Shown here: positions 58,313 to 60,566 of the stretch, one piece after another
How the letters are laid out: every line of letters starts with the position of its first letter
Numbering within the stretch: position 1 is the stretch's first letter
DNA from: Acidobacteria bacterium 13_1_40CM_65_14
Lineage (GTDB): Bacteria; Acidobacteriota; Vicinamibacteria; Vicinamibacterales; CAVVIG01
DNA: 60,566 nucleotides
Direction: 5' to 3'
Assembly (NCBI GenBank): GCA_001917905.1
Contig: MNEX01000162.1
Coordinates: 1-60,566 of the forward strand
The notes under the pieces: model-generated
Told to the model about the DNA's origin: nothing
The model's database searches: none
Seen by the model: the letters and a program-made list of their open reading frames with translations, nothing else
Position numbers and translations under genes: made by a program

Positions 58313-60566
58313 GTTTCCGTGCTTCCGCGACGCGATTCCGATCAATGTCGCCATCGCCCCAGTACTGCAGGAAGCGCCGGTAGTACTCCGCGGCCTTTGC
58401 GCGATCGCCGCGCCGCTCGTGGATCTCGCCGAGGAAGTATAGGCTGCGCACGAATGCCACCGGTGATCCGGACCGTGCAAAGTCGCCGTCGACGATTCGT
58501 TGGAAGCGTGCGGCGGCTTCAGCGGTGTTATTCACCGCGAGGTACGCCGACCCCAAGGCGAACCACACCTCGATATGCGGCGGTACCGGTGACACGGGCT
58601 TTGGAGCGAGCAGGGCTTCAGCCCGCTTCAAATTCTCGATTGCGCCGTTCGGATCGCCGCGATCGAGGGCCATCACGCCGGCAAGCAGATGGAGCCCGCG
58701 CTTTGCGCGCTCACCGGGCAGTACGCTGATCTTTTTCGTCAGTACATCGATGGTGGCGCTCGCTTCGTTCGAGCGTCCGAGGCGCGATTCTGCACGCGCT
58801 TTCAGCGCGAGGCTGTCGTTCTCGGTGTTGCGTCCGCGCGCTGCGGCGAGCGCGCGCTCGGTCTGACCCAGCACGAGGGCCGGACGGTCGAGGTCGAGCA
58901 GCACGCCTGCGGCAAAATTTTGCAGATCGGCGGTCTCGTTGGATCCGTCCGCGCCTCCGCTGGCCGCAGTCTGCTCCAGCACCCGAAGCGCCTCGGCAGT
59001 GTGGCCTCTGTACAGCGCGTCTTCGGCCAGCGCGAAGCCGCCGAAGAGCTTCGAGAACGAGTCTTTCGCTTGTCGCAGCTTGAGGGCGATGGCCGTCGCG
59101 TTCGGCCACTGTTCCTCGAGTATGTAGAGGTTGCGCCGTCCCGCGGCGGCGACAACGTTTCCGGGATCGAGCGCGTCGCTCTTCGCAAACATCGCGGCGG
59201 CGTCATCGAGCTTGCCGATGTCGGCCAGCAGGAAGCCGAAATTCGCGGTGCCACGCACGTTGTCCGGGAACTGCCGCAGATAGTCTTCGAGCACCTGTTG
59301 GCCGGTGTCGAACCGTCCGAGCGCGATGTAGCTGCGCGCCAGGGTGATATGTGACGCGGGAAACGGCATGCGCCGTCGGCGCGACTCCTCGTATTGCCGA
59401 ATCGCATCCTCATACTGCTCGGAGTTGTAATACAGGAGCGCCAGATTGTTTCGCGACGAGGCGTGATCGGGATACAACTCGAGCGCTATCCTGTACGCCT
59501 CGATGGCTTTCGCCATCGTCTCCCCGCGTCCCGAGTAGTAATAGCCCTCGATGTAATGTCGCTCCCGCGCCGTAATCCGATCGACGTGTTCGAAGGCCCG
59601 CCTGGCGTAGGCGTCTCGCTCGTTCGAATGGCCCACATTGCTGTGGGCCACCGCGAGCTTGATGAGCGCGAGTGCGAAGTCGGGATCGATCTGGACCGCC
59701 TTCTCGAGCCAGGGAATCGCCTCGACCTCGCGGAAGCGTTCGTGCAATCGGATGCCCTCGGCGTAGAAGCGGTACGCCTCGATGGAGGACGTCGTCACGT
59801 CCTTCAGGTCGCGGTCGATCGACGACCCCGTCGTGGTGGACATCGTCATCGGCGAGTCGATGACACCTTTGCTCGGATCGAACCGGCCCGGCAGCACGAC
59901 CTTCGCTTTGACGCGGCGGGTGAGATCGTCCATCGTCGGGAAGAGATTCGCCTCGCCGGCCGCATCCACGCGTTCGGCCGTGACGATGTGGCCGGTGGCG
60001 GCTTCCTGCAGCTTCAAGTTGATGCGAATGGTCTCGCCGGCCTTGACGTAGCTGCCGAGGATGACGCTCTTCACGCCTGCGCGCTTCGCGATCTCCTGAA
60101 CGGTGTCGAACGCGAGCACGCGATCGTCCTGGTGCCGCATGTCGGTGAGGATCTGCACGAGCCGATCGGTGCCGAGGACCTCGAGGTCCGGCGACTGCGA
60201 CAGGTCGGTGACCATCATGTCGGTGAGACCGGTGCGCAGCCAGTCGAGCTGCGGGTTGCCGGTGTTGTTCTCGAAGTACAGCACTGCGACCGATGGCTTG
60301 TCGCCGGCGGCTGCGGCCGGGACCGCCGGCTTCTTCCATCGCGATTGCAGTCCGCCGATCGCCGCGACGGCGAGCGCGATCAGGAACATGCCGTAATACA
60401 CGTACTGCTGCGCGCGCATGAACCCCTGGCGCGTCGTCATGCGGCCGGACACCGAGGCGATCGGGCTCGTGCTGGTCGATTCGAGCCGCCGCCGCGCCGC
60501 ACGCAGATCCACGACGACGTCGCGCATGCCCTGATAGCGTTCGCCAGGCTCTTTCGCGAGACATTT
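58302..60566 (-). CDS. Ser/Thr protein kinase C-terminal part: end of kinase domain, TM segment, TolB-N/CsgG-like domain and TPR repeats; N-terminus off the window
   Basis: The minus strand at the window edge reads KCLAKEPGERYQGMRDVVVDLRAARRRLES, a typical end of an STK catalytic domain. Then come the TM segment YYGMFLIALAVAAIGGL, SVAVLYFENNTGNPQLDWL.. and multiple TPR units. Confidence 0.85.
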   Translation of the reverse strand, partial: KCLAKEPGERYQGMRDVVVDLRAARRRLESTSTSPIASVSGRMTTRQGFMRAQQYVYYGMFLIALAVAAIGGLQSRWKKPAVPAAAAGDKPSVAVLYFENNTGNPQLDWLRTGLTDMMVTDLSQSPDLEVLGTDRLVQILTDMRHQDDRVLAFDTVQEIAKRAGVKSVILGSYVKAGETIRINLKLQEAATGHIVTAERVDAAGEANLFPTMDDLTRRVKAKVVLPGRFDPSKGVIDSPMTMSTTTGSSIDRDLKDVTTSSIEAYRFYAEGIRLHERFREVEAIPWLEKAVQIDPDFALALIKLAVAHSNVGHSNERDAYARRAFEHVDRITARERHYIEGYYYSGRGETMAKAIEAYRIALELYPDHASSRNNLALLYYNSEQYEDAIRQYEESRRRRMPFPASHITLARSYIALGRFDTGQQVLEDYLRQFPDNVRGTANFGFLLADIGKLDDAAAMFAKSDALDPGNVVAAAGRRNLYILEEQWPNATAIALKLRQAKDSFSKLFGGFALAEDALYRGHTAEALRVLEQTAASGGADGSNETADLQNFAAGVLLDLDRPALVLGQTERALAAARGRNTENDSLALKARAESRLGRSNEASATIDVLTKKISVLPGERAKRGLHLLAGVMALDRGDPNGAIENLKRAEALLAPKPVSPVPPHIEVWFALGSAYLAVNNTAEAAARFQRIVDGDFARSGSPVAFVRSLYFLGEIHERRGDRAKAAEYYRRFLQYWGDGDIDRNRVAEARKRIG

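Overview
High-GC, gene-dense chromosomal DNA. It is probably from an Acidobacteriota-type bacterium, judging by a TIGR03436-type VWFA protein, an ADOP/MacB-type orphan permease and a Ser/Thr-kinase-TPR protein. Bases 1-21261 form one long minus-strand block. It holds the conserved rimP-nusA-infB-DUF503-rbfA-nrnA-truB-rpsO-pnp supraoperon, plus rimO, asnS, an amgK/murU-like cell-wall recycling pair, a MidA-like methyltransferase, HtrA and an M24 peptidase. The rest encodes envelope and secreted proteins, glycogen phosphorylase, NAD synthetase, a patatin-like lipase, an MFS transporter, an S9 peptidase, an acetyltransferase/deacetylase pair, ArsR-SRPBCC, and a sensor kinase with a sigma-54 activator. 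I saw no rRNA, tRNA, CRISPR array, transposase, integrase or recognisable defence genes. The unusual content is mostly non-genic. (1) Several families of hairpin-forming repeats, whose arms are short tandem repeats, fill almost every intergenic gap, and stop codons often lie inside the arms. (2) The same nucleotide repeats also sit in-frame inside conserved genes (truB, rimO, rbfA, the MidA-like gene, the S9 peptidase and the DmpA-like peptidase) and are read in different frames in different genes. (3) A composite inverted repeat of about 260 bp brackets a 7.9-kb segment. Coding-level oddities are also present. A peroxiredoxin has an in-frame TGA at the catalytic Cys position followed by a SECIS-like hairpin. 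A sensor kinase has Arg where the phospho-accepting His should be. nusA is interrupted, and several other genes look internally deleted or frameshifted. All calls rest on reading the sequence and on remembered family motifs; no searches were run.
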